A stretch of DNA of 64,000 bases, taken from positions 70,372,001 through 70,436,000 of the forward strand of contig OZ076409.1 in NCBI GenBank assembly GCA_964187785.1. The letters run 5' to 3'. How positions within the stretch are numbered: position 1 is the first letter of the stretch; each line of letters opens with the position of its first letter. The notes below the pieces were generated by a model. The model ran no database searches. It was not told the origin of the DNA and was given only the letters and a program-made list of their open reading frames with translations. Positions 1 to 11,932 of this stretch are shown piece after piece. This DNA is from Amphiscolops sp. MND2022. Lineage: Eukaryota. The position numbers were made by a program, and so were the translations under genes.

Positions 1-2335
1 AAGCACCTTTCCTGTCACATCATAATTTTCATAGATTGATGCAGTTTCACGTAAAAATATCTCCCCTAGTAAAAACTACACATACAACAGAAAATCAATC
101 GCCTCCCTACAAGAAAGTGATGGTAACTTTGCATAAAAAACTGAAATTTCGAGCAATTGACTGGGTTCTCTGTGGAGTGGACTTGGGACTAACGATTTCA
201 AAAAGATTTGCAGTTTTTATTTCAGTTTTTGCACATGCAAATTTGAGTCGATGAACTCAGAAATCGGTCCCTCTGGGGCTCATTAATTCTTTATGCGACA
301 GCAAAAACTTACGAACAGAAACTTTGAAACTTTTGTTCAATTGAAAACCAACAATTTGTGAAAAATTTAATCATTCACTATTTGCTCCAAAATTTCTGCT
401 TCAATCGTGAGAAGTTTCACAAAAAATCAATGCTGCTGCAATTGGCATCAAGCATTTTGATATTGTGGCAATACTGAAAGATCGTCTTGTCAACTTCTAG
501 GACTTCTTGCCAATTATAGTACCTCCAAAACCTCATTAATAACAAAATTTCGTAAGTTATTCTTTTGCAAGATTTGGGCAGAAAAGAAAAGTCTACCGTG
601 TTAATTTGAAAATTATTCACAATTTCTACCCGCAAAAATGCAAAAACCAAAACTTTTAGGGTAGATTCAGAGGTACAGGTAGAGTACCCAAGATTGCTTT
701 CTTTGCTTGTCACCACGGACTAAGAAAAAGGTGCTGGGGTGGTTTAGAGTTTCCCGATAAATAATGTCTCCCGAACGTTGACTTGTTGATGCCGCGTCGT
801 TCATCGACAGGTTTTTATTTCTCAGTCTAAATTTCCAAGAGTTTTCGAGCTGATCATGGACAAAATATGATTGTTTTTCATATCATTCCCTGTACCAGGG
901 AGGTAGCGTAATAAGCAGACCGGTCTAAAAGCAGACGAGACTTTGAGCAGATATATACTAGTTTAAATTAAAATTAGAACATGTTTTTCACGCTGCTGAT
1001 AAGTATTAAAACCTCCATATATGTTCCGCACGCCACGCAGGCGGCATTTAGGTCTTCGCTACGCTCGGGGATACTTACCTGGCGCAGGCAATCACATTTA
1101 AAATTTATACTCATTACGCTATTTTACTTTCAGTTGTGCTTCAATACCAATGGATTGAAATTTTCAGAGAAGACAATTTCGACCAATCAGGCCATTTGAG
1201 TTTTCTTATAATATTTTTTGTTATTCGGCTGGTATCCGCCCAATTTACGAACTCCATGTACCGGCTTTGATTCTTCTCGGACTAAAGAAAATACAACTAA
1301 TAAGTTTGTATTCGTATGATTACCACTCGTTCGCTTCATCTCAATGAAAGCGCCGTTTCACTGCTTTTAAAAGTGGGCTAACAAAACGGGTCGACATATA
1401 GGTCTGGAAAAAATCACATTTACCGCTTCTATAACATTTCAGCTGACGCAAAAATATTTTCAAATGTGAAACAGTCTTCTGCACATGTTTGTCGATAAAA
1501 AAGAGACCAAATACTTCTGTACAAGCTTCGACGGATGTGTTGGGCAGCGTATGATTTACGATAGATGATTTCTTCTTGAATTCTGAAAAGTTTGGATTCA
1601 CTCGGGTAGCTAATATCGCACAAGCAGGCGTGAGAGTGTACGGCACTAATATTAAAATCTTAACTAGCCCTTTTTCTATGGCTGGGATAGTTCAGATTGA
1701 AGTCACCCATAGGAATAATAAAAACGTTTCCGTAATAGCACTATCAAAACTGCAAGCAAACTCTTAGATGAAAGAAATTCAAGGTTTCTCAATGGACAAT
1801 AAGTGATAATTACAAGCAGCCTTTTCAAATGGGTCTATTTGAATTTTAATCGGAGCATCGCACTTTCCTCCGAACTGGTCCAAAACGAGATTTTTACAAC
1901 TTCACTGAATCTACCAGGAATAAAAATTAAGATCCAAAAGTGCCAAAAAATATCAGAAGGGATACGCTTAAAGGATAAACAACAAAAACCCATTTTTTGA
2001 AAAATTCGGATTTTTCTCTTTCGGAAAAAGTCGCATAGTGCTCAAAACCCTAAGGAGTCCTTTATGCTCGCAAAATTTTCGTTTCCAGTAAAAATCGAGT
2101 GGGAGCTTAGAGGAAAAGAAATGAGAAAAGTCGCATAGTACCAAAAAAACGCCAGTTTCGAAAAATTAGGATATAGCGCAATATTTTCGATATAGTGCAA
2201 CCTCCGCCTCCTCCTTAGTAGAACGCAATTTACTTCGGATATAACGCCAAAAGTTTGGATATAGCGTGCTGGGCCGCTGAGAATAATTTGTTGTAAAATA
2301 TCAAAAAAATGAAGGGACCCTTTGGAGACATTTAA

Positions 2336-4400
2336 CCCTCTTCTGCACACACATTGATCTTATTGTGGTAGAAACAAAATTTATGATTTCACAAGCCAAA
2401 ATTGCCCACTTTGTCAGAAAATGAACTTCCTTGGAGAACAAAACTTTCAGCTTTCATGATCTTGTTTCGTTACAAAAATGTATCACTGAGCATAAACACG
2501 TAAAAATTATGTTTGCAACTTTCAATTGGAAATTTGTAGTAAAACAATGAAACTTCGAAATTGACAAATTTGGAAGCTAGTTTTCATGAAATTGTTTGAA
2601 ACAATTCTTGGTAGACGTGAAACATAGGTGGACATCGCATTTTTCACACCCAACGAAAGTATTGCCCTCCGATCCTGTGATTTTGCCACAAAGTGGATTT
2701 TTGCAACGTCCTCTTTTCTCATAAAACTTTGGCCAATGAGAAACATTGTCGGTCCTCCGTTCTTTAGATGGTAGTGGTTTTGCTGGTCCTCTAATTTTTT
2801 TCATCAAATGCTCGTGTTCAATCTCTGAATAACGTGGTCGTCCTACTTTCCGTTTCCGATCAAGGCCATATTTTGCACCTGCGCACAGACCGAAAGCAAC
2901 AGCGGCTTTGAAATCCCATAGATCCATTGTTTTGGGGAATCCCATATCGTCCGAATCTCGTCGATATAAAAGCCAAGAGTTGATGATTGCCAAATCGGCG
3001 AAGTGATAGAAAATTTTCAGATAAAACCTTTTTCTTGAATCGATTTTGATTCTGTAGAGCGAAAGTAAGCGACCGATGTTGTCGATTTGTCCCATGAACG
3101 AATTGTACTCGGGGATTAGATTTGGACAGGATACTTCAATTTCTTTCTGATCTTCGGAAGACCACCGTTTCACTATGGTAGGCGGTATTGCATTCATATA
3201 GTTGGATGCCACATAAACTGGGCGGTTGTCATACCATTTCACTGCCGAAATTTTGGTATTCTGCCAAATTGCTTGTTTTTCAATGAACGTGCCTCTGCCA
3301 CTTTTTTTCATGTCTCTGTCTTCCGGATAAGACAAGTCTTTGAATCTTGACAATTGAAATGTCGAGATACAGAAAATCTTCCTCTCATGAAGTTTGGAGA
3401 ATAGATCGGGGGATGAAAACCAGTTATCGAATGCAATTTTGTAGTTTTTTCCTTCAGGAAGAACTTTTGCGAGATCCCATACTACCTTGCTGGACTTCAA
3501 GAGCTCGGTGTTATTCTCTGTTGACGCTTTTCCACCATAAAGTTCGGTTTTCAAAATGATTCCATATTTTTCGGTGCAGATCATGTAAAGTTTACAGCCC
3601 CATTTTTTAGGTTTTTTTTTGGGTTATATTGCCTGAGTTTACTTTTTCGACCTTTGTAGGGTATAGTGTTTTCATCCACACTGCATTTTTCTTCTGTTTC
3701 AATTTTTGACGCAACTCTGTTGAACTGATCTATGATCGGACGAAACTTGAAAAATTTATCGCTTCCGGGGTTATCTTCGTTGCGGACGAAATGCAAGTTC
3801 CGCCGGATTTTTTCGAAAGTGTGTATCACAAATCTTTGACATGAACTGTTCATCAAAGTAGTCCCTGAAATAATCAGATGGCTCTCGAACTTTTTGAGCA
3901 GTTTGTCGTTCGTTCAGGAATGTATATGTTGGGAACTCTTCTGTCCTGGATCGCCATCTTGGCTCATTGGTGGTGGATCGCACGGATTGGGCAATTTTCG
4001 TGAGAGGCTCTTCATCTTCAGAAGATAGAAATTCTGAATCATCCGAGTTGGATTGGCTATTAGAGTCTTCATCACTGCTCTCTTTTTCTGAAGAGTCACC
4101 TTTCTCCTCTACTATACATTGGAGGTGTTTCTTTGGGTTGAATTTCTGCTTCTCTTCGGGCATTGCGAGAATTTCTCCATGCCAGCTACTATCTGCAGCC
4201 CATTGTAGTTTGACACCTGTAAATTCATTGCGGTTAACCCAAGAAAGATCGGAGATTTCCGTGATACTTTTGTCACCACTTTTCCGAGTAATTTCAACCG
4301 TAGTTTTATTGATAATTTTTGTTATTCTGGCCGTTTCTTCATGTAACATACCGTTCCTGGTTACATTTTCCTGGTTATAACCTAGCTGATCATGTTCCTG
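2336..4400 (-). mobile_element. piggyBac DNA transposon, disrupted transposase, one end visible
   Basis: Three overlapping ORFs (3771-4349, 3581-3856, 2577-3584) with motifs SVDE, FDNWFSS, YNSFMGQID and a C-terminal Cys-rich domain (CKNPLC..CEKCDVHLC..CF). TTAA at 2332-2335 is followed by CCCTCT. The second TIR was not found. Confidence 0.9.
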
Positions 4401-4429
4401 TACACATTAGCTTATGTAGCTGTCAAGGC

Positions 4430-4800
4430 TGCAGGAGTACGTGACATACGAAAACTTTGTGCGCTTTTCAGCTCTTTCACTTCAAATGCAGAACCCAGCG
4501 TAAGGGTTTCGTGATGAGCGTACCCGGGTCCTTCTCGTGGTAGTTCGATTGCAGAGGAGTATTGTCAAACATCAGCTTTTTCATTTCCATATTTGAAGTG
4601 GAGCTGACGACACTTATCAAAATTAATAACCATCAAATTTTCTAGGTTCCAATGGAAATCATTTTTCATTTCTTCGTGTAGCTGTGAAGTGGTCAGGTTC
4701 AGACTCAAGAATTTTGCATCATTCACAAGAAGAAATGGCCAAGTGAAATGGCATATTTGGGACAGATCATGTTGCAGTGACGATGATAAAGTGTCCTCTT
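4430..4800 (-). pseudogene. Decayed CR1/L2-type reverse transcriptase fragment
   Basis: Hand translation: LLVNDAKFL...HWNLENLMVINFDKCRQLHF, and EKDPGTLITKPLRW in a shifted frame. These resemble FADD..W..N.M.FN..KC and EKDLG motifs. Confidence 0.55.
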
Positions 4801-5159
4801 GTGGTATTTCATTGGTTGCAACAAACGTTCTGATGCCACGTCTTTCAGTTTCACTTACAGGTACATGGATTAAAGGAATGTCTCATTTGACCGCGGGAGT
4901 TTTCCTCTTACCCCGGTTCTGAATCATTTCTGCAAAAAAGGCCGCGGACGAACGCTTTCTCAAAGTAGGGGACCGATCAATTGGTGTTTTTCCACTATGG
5001 CTCCATGAACCTCGTCTAAATAAGCCAATATATTAAAAGAACTTGAGCGTCCCTTTCTGAAACCGAATAGGAAGTTGTGCAGCAAATCTTTGAAGTGCTC
5101 AAATAGCGTCTTGAAGGGACAGACAGCATTAGGTAATTTTCGAAACGGTACACAGAAAA

Positions 5160-5290
5160 GGGGGCTAAAATCCATCCTCACCTCCTCGTGGTAGTCCCTG
5201 GGGAGGCAGTTCAGGCTCGGAGGCACCAGAGAGTTCATTCTCTCGGAGCAGCCGTAGTCGTATTGAACTGCTGAGCTAACGAGGCCATGG
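5160..5290 (+). ncRNA. HDV-like self-cleaving ribozyme at the RTE 5' end
   Basis: P1 GGGGGCT/AGTCCCT (G1.U wobble); P2 CCAT-CCTC/GAGG-ATGG; P3 ACC/GGT; L3 TCCTCGT; P1.1 CC/GG; P4 GGCAGTTCAG/TTGAACTGCT; J4/2 GAGCTAAC with candidate catalytic C5276. Confidence 0.88.
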
Positions 5291-5341
5291 TATGCAAGAA
5301 AGCAATGGCAAACTACTTGCATTATTCTGCCAAGAAAATCC

Positions 5342-5707
5342 ATGAAAGTCACTAAAAAGACTCGGAAAAACAGCGTGAATGGAAATAGAAGACATGAATC
5401 CTCTATGGCCTCGCTCGGTCAGACTTCTGTTTCATCCGAGGACAACTCTGACCGTCATCAAGCTACTCGGATCGTTATGTGCTGCACTTGTAGACAAGCA
5501 ATACACGACGATAGACAAAAAAGCGTCTGGTGCCACCGCGGTGGATGGCAACATCTTGCGTGTTCTACACTTAAATCGATTAAAAACTGGACAAGGAAGT
5601 ATGAATGTAAGAAGTGTAGATGGTGTGTGGCACCCATAACAGAAAGAGATCAAATTCAAACTCTCAAAACAACAGAACTAAAAGAAGTAAAGCCAGAAAA
5701 AAGATGA
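5342..5707 (+). CDS. PHD-finger-like upstream ORF of the RTE element
   Basis: CCTC-x13-WCHRGGWQHLAC-x13-YECKKC pattern. Its stop overlaps the ORF2 ATG (ATGA at 5704-5707). Confidence 0.7.
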   Translation: MKVTKKTRKNSVNGNRRHESSMASLGQTSVSSEDNSDRHQATRIVMCCTCRQAIHDDRQKSVWCHRGGWQHLACSTLKSIKNWTRKYECKKCRWCVAPITERDQIQTLKTTELKEVKPEKR

Positions 5708-8700
5708 ATCTTAAGAGAAAACTAACAGTCGCGTCATGGAACGTCAGAACCATGTATCAAAAAGGGAAACTGGACAATGTTCTTCATGAAATGAAGAGAC
5801 TGAAAATACAGGTTCTAGGCATTTCTGAGATGCGGTGGTTGTCAAGCGGAAGTTTCACAAAGGAAGAATTCTTTGTATGCTGGTCAGGAGAAAAACATGA
5901 GCGGGGCGTTGGATTGATTCTCCAAAAAGACATATATCAATCATACAAAGGTCTCTGCCCCATATCAGACCGGGTTCTTCTGAAACTCCAAGGTGAGAGA
6001 ATGGTACTGAATATTATACAAGTTTACGCACCAACAACAGAAAGTACGGATGAAGACCTCGATGAGTTCTATAATGATGTCCAAAAAGCCATCAGTTTAT
6101 GTAAATCAAAGGGGCCAAAGATACTGATGGGAGACCTAAATGCCAAGGTTGGTAACGGGAGGGTTGGAAACACTGTGGGGCCCTTCGGCCTTGGGATCAA
6201 GAACGAAAGAGGTGAAAGATTCGTAGAGTTTTGCCAAGAGAACGATCTAGTCATTGCAAACACGTGGTTCAAGCAGCATCCAAGACGTCTTTGGACATGG
6301 GAGATGCCCGGTGAGCGTGCAAAGAACCAGATCGATTACATATGCATCTCACAGAGATATAGGAATGGCTTGTTAAGCGCGAAAACATATCCTGGTGCAG
6401 ATTGCGGAACTGACCATGTTCCTGTTGTAGCAACACTCCGAATCAAACTTAAAAAATTGAAGAAACCTCAAGGCAAGGAAAGTTTTGATAGAGGTTTATT
6501 GTGTAGCAAGAATGAGTTCACTGAGAAATACCAAGAAATTGTTGGGCAGGACAGTGAAAGAATTCTGACAATCGAAGAACCTCTCTCCTTGTATAAAGAC
6601 TTCAGTTGCACAATTACTAAAGCCTTAAAAGAATATATACCGGAGAAACAAAGCAAGAAGGAACAACAAGACGAGAACGTCTAAAGTCGGCGCCGTATCT
6701 AAGGCTCAAAAAGCGTAAAACACTTTTTTTGAAAAAAAATTGAAATTTTTGAAAAAAAATTCTTTCAAAAGAAGTCGCATAGTGCCGAAAAATGTAAAAG
6801 GGGGGACCCTTCTGGATTTATTAACAAACATTCCGTTGCAAAATATTAAAAAACTCAAAGGGGGACCCTTTGGGGACATTAAAAAATTTTCGAAAAAAAG
6901 TCGCACAGTTCCGAAAAAAATCCAAAGGGGGGACCCTTTGGGCACGTCCGGTTTTGTACGTTTCCTTGAAAAAGTAAAAAATGAAAGGGGGACCCTTTGG
7001 AGTAAAGTTTGCCTTGGGCGGACTTGGCCAGGTGCTCTGCGCAGAATTGTAAAAAGTGGACCGATCAGTGTGAGGATTGTAGTCTGAAGAAAGAAAAAAA
7101 AGTCACTACTGTAGTCGGGCATTTTTCCTTAAAAGGAAAACGCGCCGACTAAAAAACATGGATAACTGAAGATATAAAAGAATTGTTTGATAAACGCAGA
7201 AAAGCAAAAGGAACAAATGAATACCCTTTAATAGATAAACTGGTCAAAAAGAAGTGCAATGAGGAATACACGAAGTTTCTGGAAGAAAAATGCGAAGAAA
7301 TCGAAGAAAGACTTCTTGTAAACCCAGCTGAAGCACACAAACGAATCAAGGAACTCTCAGGAAAACAACGCAACTCCCGCAGAACGAACATGATTAAAGA
7401 TGAGAACGGGTTATTGCTCTTGGAAAGCAGTGAAGTCAAGGATAGATGGCAGCAATATACCAAAAATTTGTATGACGATCCAAATAGAAGTGAATCAATG
7501 CCCTTCGTTTTCGAAGAGCCGTTAACAGGACCACCCATACTTAAGGATGAAGTTCGGTGGGCTATGAAAATTGCTAAAGAAAATAAAGCAATGGGGCCTG
7601 ATGGTATTCCGATAGAAGCGCTGAAAGCACTAGAAGAGATGGGAGTAGACTTAGTTCATCACCTGATTAGCCGCATTTATGAAACAGGCGTTGTTCCTGA
7701 TGAAATGCTCAAGTCTGTTTTTGTCACTTTGCCCAAAAATCCTAGTGCTACAGAGTGTGTAAATTTTAGGACAATTTCTCTCATGAGCCATGTTTTAAAG
7801 TTGCTGCTGAGAATTATGGTACAGAGAATTGAAAAGAAAGACCACTTTTTAATCAGCAAAGAACAATTCGGATTCATGCCAGACAGAGGCACTCGAAATG
7901 CCATTTTATGTCTAAGAGTTATTGCAGAGAGATTGTTGAACCACCAACAAAAACTTTTCGTCTGTTTCATTGATTTTGTGAAGGCCTTCGATAAGGTTAG
8001 GCACAACGAAGTTTTAGAAGCCCTTGATGAAGCCGGCATCGATGACAAAGACCTTCGCCTTTTACAAAATATCTACTGGAAACAAAAAGCAACGGTGAGA
8101 GTTGGTGACGAGGAAACTGGTGTCTTTGACATCAAGATTGGTGTCCGACAAGGCTGTGTAGCATCCCCAATCCTGTATAATACCTTCAGTGAAAAAATAA
8201 TGAAGTCAATAGAAGAAATGAAAGGTGTCAGCATTGGCGGGATGAACATTAACAATCTTCGATTTGCAGATGACACAGCAGTGATCGCGGATTCAGAGGG
8301 CAAACTGCAGTTGTTAATGACATCCTTGAAGGATGCATGTGAAAAGCATGGAATGGAAATTAACACCAAGAAAAACAAAACCGAAGTAATGGTAATCTCC
8401 AAAGAACCAGAAAAGTGCTCAATATATTTGAATGAAGAAAAGATTAATCAAACAGAAACCTTCACTTATCTTGGGACGCTCATAACAGAAGATGGAAAAT
8501 GTACAAAAGAAATAAAATGTAGAATAGCCCAGTCAAAAACTGCATTCACCAATTTGAAAAAGATCCTGACAAACAAAAAAGTTCCCTTCAAAACCAGATT
8601 TAGAGTTTTACGTTGCTACGTTTGGCCGGTACTTTTGTATGCGTGTGAAACCTGGACACTCAATCTTGAGTCGAAGAAACTCCTTGAAAGTGTTGAAATG

Positions 8701-9039
8701 TGGTATCTCAGGAAAATGGAGCGCATATCATACACAGCACACAAAACCAATGAATTTGTTTTAAGTAAAACCCAGAAAAGCCGGATGATACTTAGAGATA
8801 TTGAAACGAGACAATTTAAATTCTTTGGACATGTGATCAGAAAATGCGATTTGGAAGAAACAATTCTTTCCGGTTACATCAACGGCAACAGATCCAGAGG
8901 AAGAAGTAGAAAGACATATCTTGATGATATCTCGGAAAAATTAAAAAGAAGTCGGGCCGAGTGCATAAGAATCGCAAAGAAGAGAGAAGAATGGAGACTT
9001 TTATGGAAAGCCTATGTCTGTGACCAGACACGGCACTAA
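5704..9039 (+). CDS. RTE ORF2 (APE endonuclease + reverse transcriptase), interrupted by insertion 6666-7154
   Basis: SWNVRT, MGDLNAKVG, QIDYI, TDH; QFGF, DFVKAFD, GVRQGC, LRFADD, YLG, YACETW. Both halves are in the same frame and rejoin as KKEQTWITE once 489 bp are removed. Confidence 0.93.
6666..7154 (-). mobile_element. Non-autonomous Helentron-like (HINE/DINE-1-type) element, complete copy
   Basis: Subterminal IR AGTCGGCGC/GCGCCGACT, hairpin at one end, GACG-N4-CGTC stem-loop plus TTGT at the other; inserted between two T's with no TSD. Confidence 0.8.
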
Positions 9040-9357
9040 AAGAAGAAGACACAGAAAAGAAACAGGACAATGAAGCGAAAGATTACTTTTGTTTCATTTT
9101 TCTTGGATTGGACTCACTACTGTATCCTTCGATTTAAAAAATTCTAAACTCTGCAGTAACCAGCTCTAAGCTTTAAGCACAGTAACTAAGTCTATTCAAA
9201 GGTTAAGTTAATTTCGCAACCATATGGATGCAGAAAGAGCCCGTCCATGGGTCTTCTGACAAAAACAAATTCGCACGGTTTGGGCCTTTCCTCGCTTATT
9301 ATTCAATACTCTTCAAAGGCAAGAAACTAAATGTAAACATGAAATAACAAATGTTGA

Positions 9358-11044
9358 ACAAGACGGGAGCGTCTCAAGTCGGCGCTATACCTAAGGCTTA
9401 AAACGCGCAAAAGTTTTTAAAATATGCTCAAGACGTTTTCATGAAAGTGTCGAAGCACTCAAAACGCTTCAGAAGTTCAGATGTAGCGTGCTGAGACAAA
9501 TACGAGCGTTTTTTTCAATTCTACGCCTCCTCCTCGGGAAATCGGATATAACGTGCTGGGACAAATGGGAACTTCCGCCTCCTCCTTAGTAAAACGTAAT
9601 ATAGTTCGAATATAACGTCAAAAATTCGAATATATCGCAATATTTTCGAACCTTACCTCCAAAAATCAGATAGTATTGAAAAAAAAATTGGTGGATGAAT
9701 ATTGAGAATGATATCAGACAAAAAATGACAATTTTGAAGTCTCACAATGCCAAAAAATGTGAAAGGGGTCATTTGAGCTTTTAACATCCAATTTGTTGCA
9801 AAATATCAAAAGCAAATTGAAGAGGGGACCTTTTGGAGACATTAAAAATTTACAAAACGTCTAACAGTGCCGAAATAATCAAAAGGGGGACACTTTAGTC
9901 ACGTTCGGTTTTGTTGTATGTTACGTTAAAAAGAAAAAATAAGAGGGGAGCCTTTGCACTACCTTAGATGCGTTTTCGCTGGCCAGAATTGGCCAGTACA
10001 GTAGTTTCTGTAAAAAGTGTCCACTACAGTAAAATGCCAAGTTTCGAAACACCCAAAGGGTGCCTTTTGTGCTCGGAAAACGCTTTAGAAGTTCGGATAT
10101 AGGGTGTTGGGAGAAATGGGAGCGCTTGTTTTTGAACCTCCGCCTCCTCCTTGGTAAAACGCAATACAAATAGGATTGAACGTCAAAAATTCGGATACAG
10201 CACTTTACTTCGGAGAGTATTGAAAATTTTTTTGGTGGATGGATATATATTGAGAAAACCTGATGTCAGACGAAAAATAAGACTTTCGAAGTCTCATAAA
10301 GCCGAAAAAGGAAAGGGGGAATCTCATAGGGCCGAAAACGTAGGAAGGGTGACCCTTATGCTTTGGAATGGTTTTGTTCGTTAGAGGCTTTGGATGCTCA
10401 TCAAGTACTAAGTACTTATGGTAAAAGTGCTCAGTGCACAAAAAGTGGACCATTCAGAGTGAGACTGACAAAAAACTAGTCACTGTAATAGGTGGACCTC
10501 TTTAGTCGGCGATTTTCTAGTGAAAAGTGCCCGACTCTTACAGTGGCTAGTTTTTTATTTTTTTTCGTCAGACCACAGACCTCATCGCGTATGTACCACT
10601 TTTTACAGAAACTGATAAAACTACTCAGGCCAAGTCCGGCCAATGCAAACTTAGTGCAAAGGGTCCCCTTCCATTTTTAACCTTTTTTACGTAACCTACA
10701 AAACCAGAAGAGACTAAAGGGTCCCCCTTTCATTTTAAACCTTTTTTACGTAACCTACATAACCAGAAGAGACTAAAGGGTCCCCCCTTTCACTTTTTTC
10801 GGCACTGTGCGACTTTTTTTGAAAATTTTTTTAACGTCTCAAAAGAGTCCCCCTTTTGAGTTTTTTGATATTTTGCAACAGAATATATGTTAATAAAGCC
10901 CAAAGGGACCCCCTTTTACATTTTTCGGCACTATGCGACATTTTCTGAAAGAAAAATCGAAAATTTCAAGTTTTTTTTTAAAAAGTCTTTTGCACTTTTT
11001 GAGCCTTAAATAGCGCCGACTTTCCTTAAAAGCGCAGACTAAAA
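9358..11044 (-). mobile_element. HINE-like copy with a second, inverted copy (10501-11023) nested in its terminal hairpin
   Basis: ACAAGACGGGAGCGTC..AGTCGGCGC at the start, AGCGCAGACTAAAA at the end; the inner copy starts TTTAGTCGGCG and ends GCGCCGACTTT. Confidence 0.72.
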
Positions 11045-11279
11045 ACACGAAGATTCTACTCATGAGAGTTTTTCGAAATAGAAGGCATTGCCTCCACTTC
11101 GTAACTCATTTTCTTTTGGTTTGCATATTTTTAAAGTTAAGATATACAATGAGCTACCTCGAACACGGCCGAAATTTTCTGTTAAATTGGGTTCATCTCA
11201 AGTATCCTGAAGAATGCGTCCACGTTTTTCTAAACACAGGTTGGCATATAACGCGAAATGAGAGAAGTGAGCAATTTTA

Positions 11280-11780
11280 ACAAGACGGCAACGTCCCAAG
11301 TCGGCGCCATATCTAAGGCTCAAAAATATTCAAGGAACAACTATTGGAAAGATTTGGAAAAAAATTTTTTTCAAGAAAAGTATTTTTAAAAAAGTCGCAC
11401 AATGCCGAAAAACTCAAAAAGAGGCCCTTTAGGCTCATTAAACGTTTTTACAAACCGAAAACTTCAAAAAAAATGCAAGGGGGTACCCTTTGATAGAATT
11501 CGAAAATTTTCGAAAAAAAAAGTCGCATAGTGCCGAAAAAAAAACCCAAAGGGGGACCCTTTGGTCTCGCCTCTACTTTTGGAAGCATAAAAAAATTTGT
11601 GGTTTAGTGCGAGAATCGAACCCAAGATCTCATGCTTATCAGAAAATTAGTTGAACAAATGAACAAAAAATTGTTTAAAAAGTGGACCATTCAGAGTGAG
11701 ATTGTCAGCTGAAAAAAATTTTTAACTACCCACTTTAATAGTCGGGCTTTTTTCCTTAAGGGAAAAGGCGGTGACTAAAA
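11280..11780 (-). mobile_element. HINE-like copy
   Basis: Both family termini and internal GGGGACCCTTT repeats. Confidence 0.8.
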
Positions 11781-11932
11781 ACGGTACTTGAATATTCCAA
11801 TCTCACTTTCTACCAAAAATAGTTTTCCAGGTTTTTCATTCATACAAAACAATCAATACAAAAATTCAACAACTGATAATATTTGAACATAAAGTTTTGC
11901 ACGGTCAACTAAGCAGTGTTCTTTCGGGGTCG

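Larger units (their letters stand above)
5160..9048 (+). mobile_element. Full-length RTE-clade non-LTR retrotransposon
   Basis: APE endonuclease plus RT, (AAG)n tail after the stop, and target-site duplication ACACAGAAAA(G) at 5150-5160 and 9049-9059. Confidence 0.93.

Noticed and set aside
690..850. Possible further minus-strand exon (LENSWKFRLRNK...KQSW) and ORF 417..716
   Set aside because: No recognisable KCNH motif, and splice phases could not be tied to the upstream exons.
6706..7122. ORFs on both strands within HINE copies (also 24377-24785, 49761-50085, 42860-43204)
   Set aside because: They arise from low-complexity internal repeats (KGGP/PPF) with no conserved frame between copies.
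3967..8402. ORFs antisense to the piggyBac and RTE coding regions
   Set aside because: Shadow frames of real transposon ORFs.
9195..9240. Candidate second piggyBac TIR (AAAGGTTAA / TGCAGAAAGAG)
   Set aside because: It does not form a contiguous inverted match to CCCTCTTCTGCA plus TTAA, and the host repeat does not resume there.
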